Shown here in pieces: positions 1 through 8,282 of a DNA stretch of 64,000 bases. Position 1 is the stretch's first letter, and the number at the start of each line of letters is the position of its first letter. Under the pieces are notes generated by a model, which worked only from the letters and a program-made list of their open reading frames with translations, ran no database searches and was not told where the DNA came from. Origin of the DNA: a virus. The position numbers and the translations under genes were made by a program. The stretch spans positions 64,001-128,000 of the IMG/VR virus record IMGVR_UViG_3300045988_142974; one strand, given 5' to 3'.

Positions 1-384
1 TGTTGTATAGTATATATGCCGTATCCCTAAATCCTTAATTGCAGCCATACAACTTGGACAAGGACGAGCCATACCAAAAGTACAACATTTTCGATTTCTA
101 AAAATATACAATTTAACCTTGTGAAAATTAACATCTAAATGTCTTATGGAATTCAAACAATTAATTTCAGCATGTAGACTTGGATTAATTTCATTGTCAT
201 CCCAAGAATTACGAAAACGATTGTAGTATTTTTGAATCGGATGAGTCTTTTTGGTATTGCAACCAACTCCTATAATGCTATTTTGGTATACTGCAACACA
301 TCCTATATGAACTTTATAAAAATCTGAAACATGTGCTATTTTCTTTGCCTTCTCAAAATGTTTATAATCTGATTTACTCAACAT
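1..384 (-). CDS. Cytidine/deoxycytidylate deaminase family protein (partial; C-terminus lies beyond window start)
   Basis: Own translation of the minus strand from ATG at 384: MLSKSDYKHFEKAKKIAHVSDFYKVHIGCVAV...PSLHAEINCLNS...GMARPCPSCMAAIKDLG. It has the HAE and PCxxC zinc-ligand motifs of the CDA fold. It is absent from the ORF track because it runs off the edge. Its start overlaps the stop of 374..697. Confidence 0.75.
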   Translation of the reverse strand, partial: MLSKSDYKHFEKAKKIAHVSDFYKVHIGCVAVYQNSIIGVGCNTKKTHPIQKYYNRFRNSWDDNEINPSLHAEINCLNSIRHLDVNFHKVKLYIFRNRKCCTFGMARPCPSCMAAIKDLGIRHIYYTT

Positions 385-697
385 TTAATCTTTCTCTTTC
401 ATATAAGGCATTTCCTCGCTCAAAACATTCAAGCTCATATTTTGTGCGATTAATGTAATAAGTAAAATCAGTATTTTCAATATACTTAAGAATTTCCATA
501 CATAATTCTTTTTTGTTATCTGTTTCAACTCTAAGTGTTAAATCTATAAGATCGTATCTATCAATTTCATTCTTCTTAATAAATAGAGTGGTGTTATACA
601 ATCTTTTTTCTTTGTCCCATCTGCTCATAGCGAGAATAGAGTATCCATTATGTAAATCCACAACTATACTAGTATCTGCAATTATTTCATATCTCAT
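374..697 (-). CDS. hypothetical protein (107 aa)
   Basis: ORF track. GGAGGAAAG SD lies just upstream on the minus strand. Translationally coupled to the downstream deaminase gene. Confidence 0.6.
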   Translation of the reverse strand: MRYEIIADTSIVVDLHNGYSILAMSRWDKEKRLYNTTLFIKKNEIDRYDLIDLTLRVETDNKKELCMEILKYIENTDFTYYINRTKYELECFERGNALYERERLNVE

Positions 698-699
698 TA

Positions 700-909
700 T
701 TATCTTTCCTCCATTTTTCTAGCATCTCTAACATCACATTCTTTTTTTCTATCTTGGTCAAATTTCCAATCATGGATCAATCGGTCTGACAAACTTAAAT
801 TTGTTCCACCAAAATCAGCTTCACATAGTTTTGGATAACATACTAAATTAGCCTTTCTTTTAAGCTCTATTGTTCTTGTCAATACATGATTCTGTGTTTC
901 CTTTGTCAT
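700..909 (-). CDS. hypothetical protein (69 aa)
   Basis: ORF track. AAGGAG SD upstream on the minus strand. 2-nt gap to the next gene. Confidence 0.55.
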   Translation of the reverse strand: MTKETQNHVLTRTIELKRKANLVCYPKLCEADFGGTNLSLSDRLIHDWKFDQDRKKECDVRDARKMEER

Positions 910-1050
910 AAATTATTGTTCTCCTTGTTAAATAAAATTTTGTGTTCATATCATCGCTCCTTAGTGTGTGATACGTGTTTAATTGTTACATTTATATATT
1001 CCCTTATTATGAAAAGGTTTTATTAAAAAATTTAAATGTGAGGGTTTGTT

Positions 1051-1073
1051 CTAATTCACCGATATGGTATAAT
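1051..1073 (+). promoter_or_regulatory. Candidate extended -10 promoter (TGgTATAAT) preceded by a CTAATTCACC half-site
   Basis: TGGTATAAT at 1065-1073. CTAATTCACC at 1051-1060 repeats the arm of the palindrome at 1449-1468. Points toward small plus-strand ORFs. Confidence 0.35.
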
Positions 1074-1152
1074 CATTAAGATGTGTATATACACTTGTAA
1101 CTCATTAACTAAAGTCACGACTGATTCTTATATCAGGTACGGAGGTGTGATT

Positions 1153-1236
1153 ATGCACATTAAAAATAGTGAAATCTATAATCTTTCCTATTGTGATAGT
1201 GTTTTATTGCGAAAGGAGGATTGTAGATATTGCTAA
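1153..1236 (+). CDS. small ORF (27 aa), MHIKNSEIYNLSYCDSVLLRKEDCRYC
   Basis: Own translation. GGAGGTGTGATT SD directly upstream of the ATG. Below the ORF-track size cut-off. Confidence 0.25.
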   Translation: MHIKNSEIYNLSYCDSVLLRKEDCRYC

Positions 1237-1391
1237 CTATTATTCTTACACCAGCTGTTATAATCGCAGTTTTGAATCTTGTTAAATATTGTGTGAAGTG
1301 TTTTACACAATACAAAGAATTGAAGCTACTTGTAACTTCAGGAAAAGAACGTGTCGCCATCACGAAAAATGGCATATCATATAAGAAATAG
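1230..1391 (+). CDS. small membrane peptide (53 aa, TTG start), MLTIILTPAVIIAVLNLVKYCVKCF...
   Basis: Own translation. AAAGGAGG SD about 10 nt upstream of the TTG. Has a hydrophobic N-terminal helix then a basic tail. Preferred over the antisense track ORF 1160..1426. Confidence 0.35.
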   Translation: MLTIILTPAVIIAVLNLVKYCVKCFTQYKELKLLVTSGKERVAITKNGISYKK

Positions 1392-1448
1392 AATATAGTA
1401 GGTACGTGAATTACTATTGTATTCATTTCTTATAGCAACTTATTAATT

Positions 1449-1468
1449 CTAATTCACCAGTGAATTAG
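1449..1468. promoter_or_regulatory. 20-bp near-perfect palindrome CTAATTCAC-CA-GTGAATTAG (operator-like)
   Basis: Read directly. 9-bp arms. One arm recurs at 1051-1060. Confidence 0.4.
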
Positions 1469-1524
1469 AAGCCTCACTGCAAATTGGAGTGTTTAGCGTA
1501 ACACTCATTGCGCAAATTTATGGT

Positions 1525-1558
1525 AAAGAGATATTGTCGTAGGGGATAGTATCTCTTT
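1525..1558. terminator. Hairpin between convergent transcription units (AAAGAGATA ... TATCTCTTT)
   Basis: 9-bp perfect stem read directly. Located at the 3' end of minus gene 1557..2342 and downstream of the plus small ORFs. Confidence 0.5.
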
Positions 1559-2342
1559 ATGCTCTTAATTTATTATTCTCCAAAATTTCTATCTGTTTTT
1601 TGATTTCCTCACATGGATCATATTTATTATCAATCCTTTGTCCATGTTCATCATTAATAAAATGTCTGTAATCAGCAAATACCTTTGGAGTAGTGGCGTA
1701 TTTTTCTTTGCCATTCTTAATATATTTTTCTCTCTTCATGTGCTGGCATTTTACAATTTTAAGTTCTTCCAAAATATCAACTATGCGACTGACATATCTT
1801 TCAGAAAGTCCAATATCTTCTGAAATAGTCTTAAAATATCTATAACAACATAGTGGTTTGCCATCCATTCGATTCAAATTAACACGAATATAAGAGAGTA
1901 CAAGTAGAATATAAGCTGATGATATTCTTGCAGTATCAATCTCTTTATCCTTCAATTCTTCTTTGAAATTTAATATTGTATCCAACTCATCAAAATAAAT
2001 AATTCCAAACTTATCAGGCACATCGAATTTGTCTATGTTCAATTTTACTTGCTGATATTTAACCGAATTGGTCTTTTCTTTTAGACATTTCCCAAAATCT
2101 GGACATGATTCAAAGTATCCATAATGAGAGAGAAGTGATAAAACTTCATAATATTTCTGATTTATCTTTCCATCTCTGTAGTTAGGTTTCAATTTAGACC
2201 AGCGGCAAAGTTCTGTTGTAGAAAATGCCACTGTGTCATCAAGTGAACGCCTTGCACAAAGATATGAGAAGATTATTACACGTTTAGACGAGAGATCTTT
2301 ATCATAGATGATTTCTCGTGGGATTTTTACATAGTTTGGCAA
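1557..2342 (-). CDS. hypothetical protein with C-terminal wHTH-like segment; possible replication/DNA-binding protein (261 aa, TTG start)
   Basis: ORF track. GGTGAGGTGAT SD. The segment ISEDIGLSERYVSRIVDILEELKIVK looks like a winged-helix recognition region. Sits in an operon with the ParB-like gene. The functional call is weak. Confidence 0.6.
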   Translation of the reverse strand: MPNYVKIPREIIYDKDLSSKRVIIFSYLCARRSLDDTVAFSTTELCRWSKLKPNYRDGKINQKYYEVLSLLSHYGYFESCPDFGKCLKEKTNSVKYQQVKLNIDKFDVPDKFGIIYFDELDTILNFKEELKDKEIDTARISSAYILLVLSYIRVNLNRMDGKPLCCYRYFKTISEDIGLSERYVSRIVDILEELKIVKCQHMKREKYIKNGKEKYATTPKVFADYRHFINDEHGQRIDNKYDPCEEIKKQIEILENNKLRA

Positions 2343-2358
2343 GACGTATCACCTCACC

Positions 2359-3240
2359 TTAATCTACATAAAGCTGACAAGCAATCTTTAACAAAACATT
2401 TCCTTGTTGCATATCATTAACTATAAAGTCAACCTTTGGATAATTCCAATCAGGATGTTCAAGATTATTTTCTTTGAATTTTTTATCTGCCTTTTCCCAA
2501 TCTTTATAAAAATTAGGAAATGTCTTTGAAAATTCTTTATACATTGGAGTCCATTTAGCAGAACTATTCATACCACAAATTCGCTTTACCTCTTCTTTAT
2601 AATCTTCTACTCTTTTTACAGAAACATTTTTTCGAGCAATCTTATATTCTTTTTCTTTTTTTTCATATCTGATAATAGACTCCCTTATCTCATCTTGATT
2701 ACTCTCAAAATATGTAATAATATCTTTACTAAATGTGATTTTTTTCTTTTTTTTCTTTAGAATATGAATATAATTAAGCAATTCTTTATCTACAGATTCA
2801 TCAAAAATTGACTTAATAAAATACGAGTTTCTAAATTCGTTAATTTTCATATCGAAAATTCCATGCTCATATAAATAATATTTAAGATTAGTAGGAGCAA
2901 ACCCTGGAATATTTAACTCTCTACATAAAGTACGAATATCAAAAATATCATTGACTTCTGATGGTTTGAGTTCTGAATTATTTAAGTTATTGACAGTAAT
3001 TTCATCTTTTTTCTGTTCTTCTAAGATAGAAATTCTCTCAAGCAAATTCTTAATAGCTTTATTGATTTCGTTATTTTCTTCTTTATGTTTTAAATTGTAA
3101 TTATTAAGATCCAAATGAAGTTTGTTTACTTCTGCTTGAATTTCTTTATTTACAAATTGATTGATTATTCCTGTCTCATTGGTTGTAGACTCATCTACAA
3201 TTCTTTTGACATCCTGTTCATTTACAATAAGTTTACCCAT
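2359..3240 (-). CDS. hypothetical coiled-coil protein (293 aa)
   Basis: ORF track. GGAGGAA SD. Its ATG overlaps the stop of the upstream ParB-like gene (TAATG). Confidence 0.6.
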   Translation of the reverse strand: MGKLIVNEQDVKRIVDESTTNETGIINQFVNKEIQAEVNKLHLDLNNYNLKHKEENNEINKAIKNLLERISILEEQKKDEITVNNLNNSELKPSEVNDIFDIRTLCRELNIPGFAPTNLKYYLYEHGIFDMKINEFRNSYFIKSIFDESVDKELLNYIHILKKKKKKITFSKDIITYFESNQDEIRESIIRYEKKEKEYKIARKNVSVKRVEDYKEEVKRICGMNSSAKWTPMYKEFSKTFPNFYKDWEKADKKFKENNLEHPDWNYPKVDFIVNDMQQGNVLLKIACQLYVD

Positions 3241-4400
3241 TAGTTCAATTCCTCCATATCAATTATATTTTTATTTGTAGTAACACCGATTGTTTCAGCC
3301 ATTGTTTCGCACCAATCATTCACCATATATATAATATTCTCTAAATTTTTTCTTAAAGCTGTATTATCTTTTATAACAGGTAGAATTTTGGAATATCTTA
3401 ATGGCGATAGAGTAGTAGATAATAATTTTTCTATTTCATTTACAAGAGTTGTAATGTCTTTTGAAATCTCAATAACGTTATAATCTCCACTTGGATCTAA
3501 ATTCAAAGTTGCTATATCATTTTTCAATTTTATGTATTCTTCGGATTCTTTTTTATATGATTGCAAAAGACTTTCACTAGATTCATTAGAAGATTTTAAT
3601 GTACTATTCATAATTTCCAAGTTATTGATTTTCGTCTTTAAGTTAGAAATTTGGGACATAGCTTCTTTATATTTATTCTCTAAATCATAATCAGTTTTAT
3701 CAATTATTTTTTCTTTGGCAGATTGTGATTTTAGCTGATTTATCTCGTTGATATATTTTTGAACTTCATTTTTAGTGATTTTCTTAGTTGTGTCCATAGA
3801 AGATATAAGTTCAATTTGTTCATCTTCAGATAGAGAAGCAATTAAATCAGAAGCAACAGTTTTTGAAATTATTCCATCATCAAGAAGTTGTTTCATTGGT
3901 TCTGTAAGATTTCGTTCAATGGATAAAGCTCTTGTGAGATTTGTCTTTGAAGTTCCTAATTGTTTAGCAATTTCATCAAGAGATAATTTAGAATTCCCAA
4001 CTTGGGAATTCTTCTCACGACCATTTCCAATTTCACCATGTTTATATCCACACAGTTTTACATACTCAACTGCAACTTTTCTCTGCTTTTTATCATCATT
4101 TTTACTTCTTCCAAAATTAGCAGCAAGCAAAACCTTTAGTTTTTTATCTTCATCAATTAAATCTTCTCTGATTCTAATTGGTACTATTTTTATTCCAAGT
4201 TCTTTTGCAGCTTTATAACGCTGATGTCCTGAAATAATAGTCATATCAGGTGAAACAATAATTTCCGAAATAATACCTTCTTCTTTTATAGAATTTTTAA
4301 ATTCTTCATACTCAGAACCAGAAATATCATCAAAAAATTCGGTATTACGTGGATGCACCTTTAAAATATCAATAGACACATTCGTTATTTCTTTACCCAT
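3240..4400 (-). CDS. ParB/Srx N-terminal domain protein (ParB-like partition or nuclease protein, 386 aa)
   Basis: N-terminus IDILKVHPRNTEFFDDISGSEYEEFKNSIKEEGIISEIIVSPDMTIISGHQRYKAAKELG matches ParB box motifs (GHQR/GxxR). An HTH-like LDEIAKQLGTSKTNLTRAL follows, then a long coiled coil. Confidence 0.85.
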   Translation of the reverse strand: MGKEITNVSIDILKVHPRNTEFFDDISGSEYEEFKNSIKEEGIISEIIVSPDMTIISGHQRYKAAKELGIKIVPIRIREDLIDEDKKLKVLLAANFGRSKNDDKKQRKVAVEYVKLCGYKHGEIGNGREKNSQVGNSKLSLDEIAKQLGTSKTNLTRALSIERNLTEPMKQLLDDGIISKTVASDLIASLSEDEQIELISSMDTTKKITKNEVQKYINEINQLKSQSAKEKIIDKTDYDLENKYKEAMSQISNLKTKINNLEIMNSTLKSSNESSESLLQSYKKESEEYIKLKNDIATLNLDPSGDYNVIEISKDITTLVNEIEKLLSTTLSPLRYSKILPVIKDNTALRKNLENIIYMVNDWCETMAETIGVTTNKNIIDMEELN

Positions 4401-4541
4401 TTTCTTTCCTTTCTTCTAAAACATAATTTACAGTTACAATTTGTGAGATGAGATAATAAGTGATTCAATAATATATTCTCCATTTGAATTCACAAAAACA
4501 TTAAAAGTTGCACTTGCATGAAATTGTTATAAATTCATTTA

Positions 4542-4776
4542 GGTACATACAGCATGTACCCAAAAGTGAAAATTTACTTCATTTGGGTACATCCTAGCTA
4601 TCAATTTTGTGCAGTCTATATCTATATAGACTCATATTATCAAGAGAAGAATATTACGCTTGTATTTCGCTTACGCTTCATACAAGCTCTTTAATTTTTT
4701 GTTTGATTGTTATTGGTTGATTTAGATATATGGTGTTTTGGATTGATGGTTTCATTTGGGTACATATATGACGTAC
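4542..4776. repeat. Three copies of the 11-mer TTTGGGTACAT (one inverted) plus GGTAC-centred inverted repeats; candidate parS/operator cluster
   Basis: TTTGGGTACAT at 4582-4592 and 4755-4765. Reverse complement ATGTACCCAAA at 4554-4564. IR GGTACAT-ACAGC-ATGTACC at 4542-4560. IR AGTCTATA-TC-TATAGACT near 4613-4632. Immediately upstream of the ParB-like gene. Confidence 0.45.
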
Positions 4777-4996
4777 CTATAGTTTTATTCTCTGTTACAG
4801 ATATTTTTCTTGCCATTCATATCCACATGTATAACAGTGATATTCATAATAATAATGTAATGAGAAAAATGTTTCTTTTGATACAAAATTCAAATCTAAC
4901 CCTTTTGTTTTACCTTTTTGGTAACTCGTTTATAATATTTTTCTCCACATATAGGACAAGTTTTTTACGAATGGTATTTTTAATGATTCAAAATTT

Positions 4997-5395
4997 TTAC
5001 CTTTGCTCATTTATTTTATTCCTTTCTGTTTGCTCCAAATCAACATATCTCTCTTTAAAAATATCCTCTACAAAAAATACTGGCAATTTATCATGATATT
5101 TTTCATATAATTCCTCGTCAGGAATATGAGAGTAACATTTACCTATTGGTGAATTAACTTCTCTAACATAATCTTTTATAATAGATTTGTTTTTCTTGAA
5201 TCGCTCATTTATTTTTCCACAAATAGTACAGTAGGTATATAAACCTGTATTAAGATGAGTTTTTTCTATAAATGTGGATCTGTATTGAATCAAGCATTCT
5301 TCATATTGATGTTTGTGTTTGGATTTTCGGTTACTCTTTGAGATATTGCTTTCTTTTTGTTTAAGATATTTTTGGTATGTCTTGGTTTTTGACAT
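4997..5395 (-). CDS. hypothetical protein (132 aa, basic N-terminus, Cys pairs)
   Basis: ORF track. Follows 5399..5632 with a 3-nt gap. The antisense track ORF 4707..5096 was rejected. Confidence 0.55.
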   Translation of the reverse strand: MSKTKTYQKYLKQKESNISKSNRKSKHKHQYEECLIQYRSTFIEKTHLNTGLYTYCTICGKINERFKKNKSIIKDYVREVNSPIGKCYSHIPDEELYEKYHDKLPVFFVEDIFKERYVDLEQTERNKINEQR

Positions 5396-5398
5396 TTG

Positions 5399-5632
5399 TT
5401 AATTTCCACGTAGGAACTCCTTTCGTTTCTTAAATATTTCCTTATGTTCATTTCTCTTTTTGAATAGATCTTCGCATACGCATATAATTATGTAATCTAC
5501 ATCATTAATATTTCCGTATTCTTGACAATCATGTTGAGCTGGTATCCACCAATCGTTATATAACTCATCAGTAGAAGCACAAGATAAGTTATTGTAAAAT
5601 CTTTGATATAATTCTATTTCTTGTAGCTGCAT
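5399..5632 (-). CDS. hypothetical protein (77 aa)
   Basis: ORF track. Weak purine-rich SD. Confidence 0.45.
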   Translation of the reverse strand: MQLQEIELYQRFYNNLSCASTDELYNDWWIPAQHDCQEYGNINDVDYIIICVCEDLFKKRNEHKEIFKKRKEFLRGN

Positions 5633-6250
5633 AATAATTCTTTCTTATCTTATTTTGATATTTTCTATATAGTTATATTCTCTGATTTTTCAGATTAGAG
5701 CATGTATAGATGTGTATAGTTTTTTCATACCCCTGTTTGTGGACAAAAAATGAGTTTTTGAGGGTGAATTTCAATTTTTATGTCTTAGGTGATAACTTAT
5801 AAGGGTATGAGATGAAAGTGACTAATTTTTCTCTTCGCGTTGATTTACTTCCTAAATAGATTAATACAATTCTGTCAGCTAATTCATCAAATATATTTCT
5901 GAAGAGTTACATGATAAGTTATTAAATGTTTCTGTTGTAATTAATGTTAAGTTACTCATATAGAGTCCTCCTTTTAAATTTATTATTTTTTGTTTGGCGA
6001 GAGTAGTGTGACGATTATTTACAATAGATTATTCTCTTATATAAATTTGATTTATGAATTTTTGGCATTGTATGGATATGTTAATTAACAAAGAGAGTTA
6101 ATATAAAATTCTTTACATGGGATATAAGGGGTAAAATTAATGATTCGGAGTCTATTTTGGATTTTTATATATCAGGTGGCTAGTTGTTAGGGTAGAAGGG
6201 TAAAATTGAAATTTGAGCCGTGAAAGTGGATTTTAATATAAGGATAATAA

Positions 6251-6286
6251 GGATATAAAAATAACAGACATCACTGCCTGTTATTT
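6251..6286 (-). terminator. Rho-independent terminator of the RSH gene
   Basis: Stem AATAACAG (6260-6267) / CTGTTATT (6278-6285), followed on the minus strand by a T-run. About 20 nt after the stop at 6305. Confidence 0.65.
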
Positions 6287-6304
6287 AGAATAATTAATAT
6301 TAAC

Positions 6305-7423
6305 TTATATTATAGAAGCGTTGTATTTTTCTACAATCGTTCTAAGTTTTGTAACAAAATGAGAGATGTCAACAAAATAATTTGGATATGCTAATCTTAA
6401 TGTTTCAAATGATGAGGCAGATACAAGTACAACATTTTTGTCAGAATTTTGTTCAATCTGATCGTAAGCTTTTGTAGCATATTCAAGATTTTTAAATGGT
6501 CTAACTTGTACGGTCTTTTTGTTATAATCAAGCAACAATATATAATATAAATTCTTATTTTTCTGATTGAATTTTTTACTTGCATAATCAATAGATACAT
6601 TTAATCCGCTTAATGTAGATATTATGTTATTTTTATTATCAAGATAATTAATTTCTTTGATTAATTCATCCATCCAATCAGAAGTATTAGGGCATACTGG
6701 CATTTTTTCTTCAATAGCAAATATAGATGATACCAATTCAAAAAATCTAAGGATATCATAATCACCTTGACTAGATTTAAGATTACTGTTTGTATATATA
6801 CCCATCATTTCTACAGCAGTTGCCCACATATGTTGCAATTTTGTGCGGAATTGGACTTCTATAAACATATTTTTATTATAAGTATCTTTTTTGTCACTAT
6901 AGAATTGATATACCATATGATAAGATCTATATCCTGATTGTTTTGGGTTAGCAATATAATCATATTCACGTTTAAGTATATGCCTTATTCGAGAGTTTTT
7001 ATACTTGTCAACCGCTTCATATACTTGCTCTATAGTATCTACGATTACACGACAACCACCTAAATCTTGCATTTTATATAATTGCATTTCGGGAAATCTT
7101 TGAATCTTGCCGGTTATAGATTCTAAACGTTTTAATCTTTGAACAACTATAGCATTAGGATTCTTCTTTCTAAGGTTGCTACATATAATTTGTAAAGGAT
7201 ATGCGTGTGCAGCTCTCCAATTGTTTAATATGACTAGTGCTTTTTTACGTTCTTCAGACGTTGAAAATGGATCAGCTATTATTTTTCCTGCTTTATTAAT
7301 CTGATTGCCTGAATATTTAGGTACTTCCCATTTTTCTTTATTGTTACTTAACATAAATTCCTCCTCAATACTTTTGATAATGGTATCTAAGTCAAGTATA
7401 TCACTTTTTACAATAGTTTTCAT
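6305..7423 (-). CDS. RelA/SpoT-homologue (RSH) nucleotide pyrophosphokinase domain protein, single-domain synthetase with about 120-aa C-terminal extension (372 aa)
   Basis: Synthetase motifs read in the translation: WRAAHAYPL, RLKRLESITGKI, MQDLGGCRVIV, PKQSGYRSYHMV, IEVQFRTKLQHMWATAVE. AAAGGAA SD. Monocistronic, with its own terminator. Confidence 0.85.
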   Translation of the reverse strand: MKTIVKSDILDLDTIIKSIEEEFMLSNNKEKWEVPKYSGNQINKAGKIIADPFSTSEERKKALVILNNWRAAHAYPLQIICSNLRKKNPNAIVVQRLKRLESITGKIQRFPEMQLYKMQDLGGCRVIVDTIEQVYEAVDKYKNSRIRHILKREYDYIANPKQSGYRSYHMVYQFYSDKKDTYNKNMFIEVQFRTKLQHMWATAVEMMGIYTNSNLKSSQGDYDILRFFELVSSIFAIEEKMPVCPNTSDWMDELIKEINYLDNKNNIISTLSGLNVSIDYASKKFNQKNKNLYYILLLDYNKKTVQVRPFKNLEYATKAYDQIEQNSDKNVVLVSASSFETLRLAYPNYFVDISHFVTKLRTIVEKYNASII

Positions 7424-8025
7424 GATAAAATCATTCCTTTCTTTATTTTAATTATTATGACATTTATAATTATTTATTCTCGTTATTGTTTATGAGTTTT
7501 ATTTAATATTGTGCATTGCTGTCTTTTTGTATAAAGGTTAAGTAATTAATATTATTTTTCACCTGTTTTTATGGTAATTATGGGGAGTTTATTGAAATTT
7601 ATGTGTAGTTTTATCGTAGCCCTCTGTATTGTCTTAAATGTAAAATTTTTAATTGGAAAAGTGATATCGGTAAAATTACTTATTTATATAGAAGAAACGA
7701 GATTTTGGTATTGGATTTTGTGATGCAGGATTTTTAATTTTGGGGTTCAAAGATGGTTGAAAGTGGCTTGGTTAGTGGGTTTGAGCGATATGGGGTACGA
7801 TAAAGGGTTTGAGGGTAAAATTTGGGATTTTTGCTTGATTTTTAGTGGAAAATTAGAAATTATTTTGAAGTAAAATTTTGAAGTTGGTATGTAGATGAAT
7901 CAGCTATAGGCTCTGTTGCATTTCCAGTCCTATTAGTTAGTTTTTACTACCCCCAGTTAGCTATATTTCACGGTATTTGTACATTTTACCGTAGGATTTT
8001 AGAAGCTTCCTAGAGCGGTATTTAT

Positions 8026-8108
8026 ATAGTTTTGAAAACTATGTAATGTGGTTTTGATATTATTATTACATATAGTTTCAAGCTATGACATATCGTTTAT
8101 CATAGTTT
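8026..8108. repeat. ATAGTTT iteron-like repeats, including the 17-bp palindrome ATAGTTTTGAAAACTAT
   Basis: Palindrome at 8026-8042. ATAGTTT again at 8072-8078 and 8102-8108. AT-rich ORF-free DNA. Origin/operator candidate. Confidence 0.35.
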
Positions 8109-8247
8109 TATTCTATATACAATAATTCAAATAAAAACTTTGAAAAGTTATTGACAAATTCGATTTAATATAGTAAACTACAATTAATCAATAACAAGTT
8201 GATTTAATTGAATCAACAAAGAAGTTCTAAAAAACTTCAATAAGTTG

Positions 8248-8276
8248 TTGACAACTACACAAAAGTGTAGTACAAT
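8248..8276 (+). promoter_or_regulatory. Consensus sigma-70-type promoter TTGACA-17 nt-TACAAT
   Basis: TTGACA at 8248-8253, a 17-nt spacer containing IR CTACAC-AAAA-GTGTAG, then TACAAT at 8271-8276. Read directly. Confidence 0.6.
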
Positions 8277-8282
8277 ATAATT

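Larger units (their letters stand above)
5762..7821 (+). repeat. Dispersed short G-rich repeats flanking the RSH gene (GGGTAAAAT, GAAAGTGG, TTTGGATTTTT-like)
   Basis: GGGTAAAAT at 6129-6137, 6198-6206 and 7813-7821. Variants CGGTAAAAT at 7668-7676 and GGGTGAATT at 5762. GAAAGTGG at 6222-6229 and 7759-7766, with variants at 5814 and 8657. All read by eye, all in ORF-free DNA. Confidence 0.45.

Noticed and set aside
1160-1426. Minus-strand track ORF (88 aa).
   Set aside because: It has no SD and an odd composition. The opposite strand carries a promoter and two SD-led mini-ORFs that explain the region better. This is still low confidence either way.
3775-4218. Plus-strand track ORF (147 aa) inside the ParB-like gene. 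The same applies to other long antisense ORFs: 12398..12976, 16496..16861, 25137..25481, 25640..25978, 43892..44296, 44726..45094, 59444..59842.
   Set aside because: They lie fully antisense to genes with strong motif support. Their composition is low-complexity Ser/Phe/Leu/Ile-rich, as is typical for shadow frames in AT-rich DNA, and they have no SD.
4707-5096. Plus-strand track ORF (129 aa) upstream of the ParB-like gene.
   Set aside because: It is a hydrophobic low-complexity translation with a TTG-type start and no SD. It overlaps the better-supported minus gene 4997..5395 and the repeat cluster.
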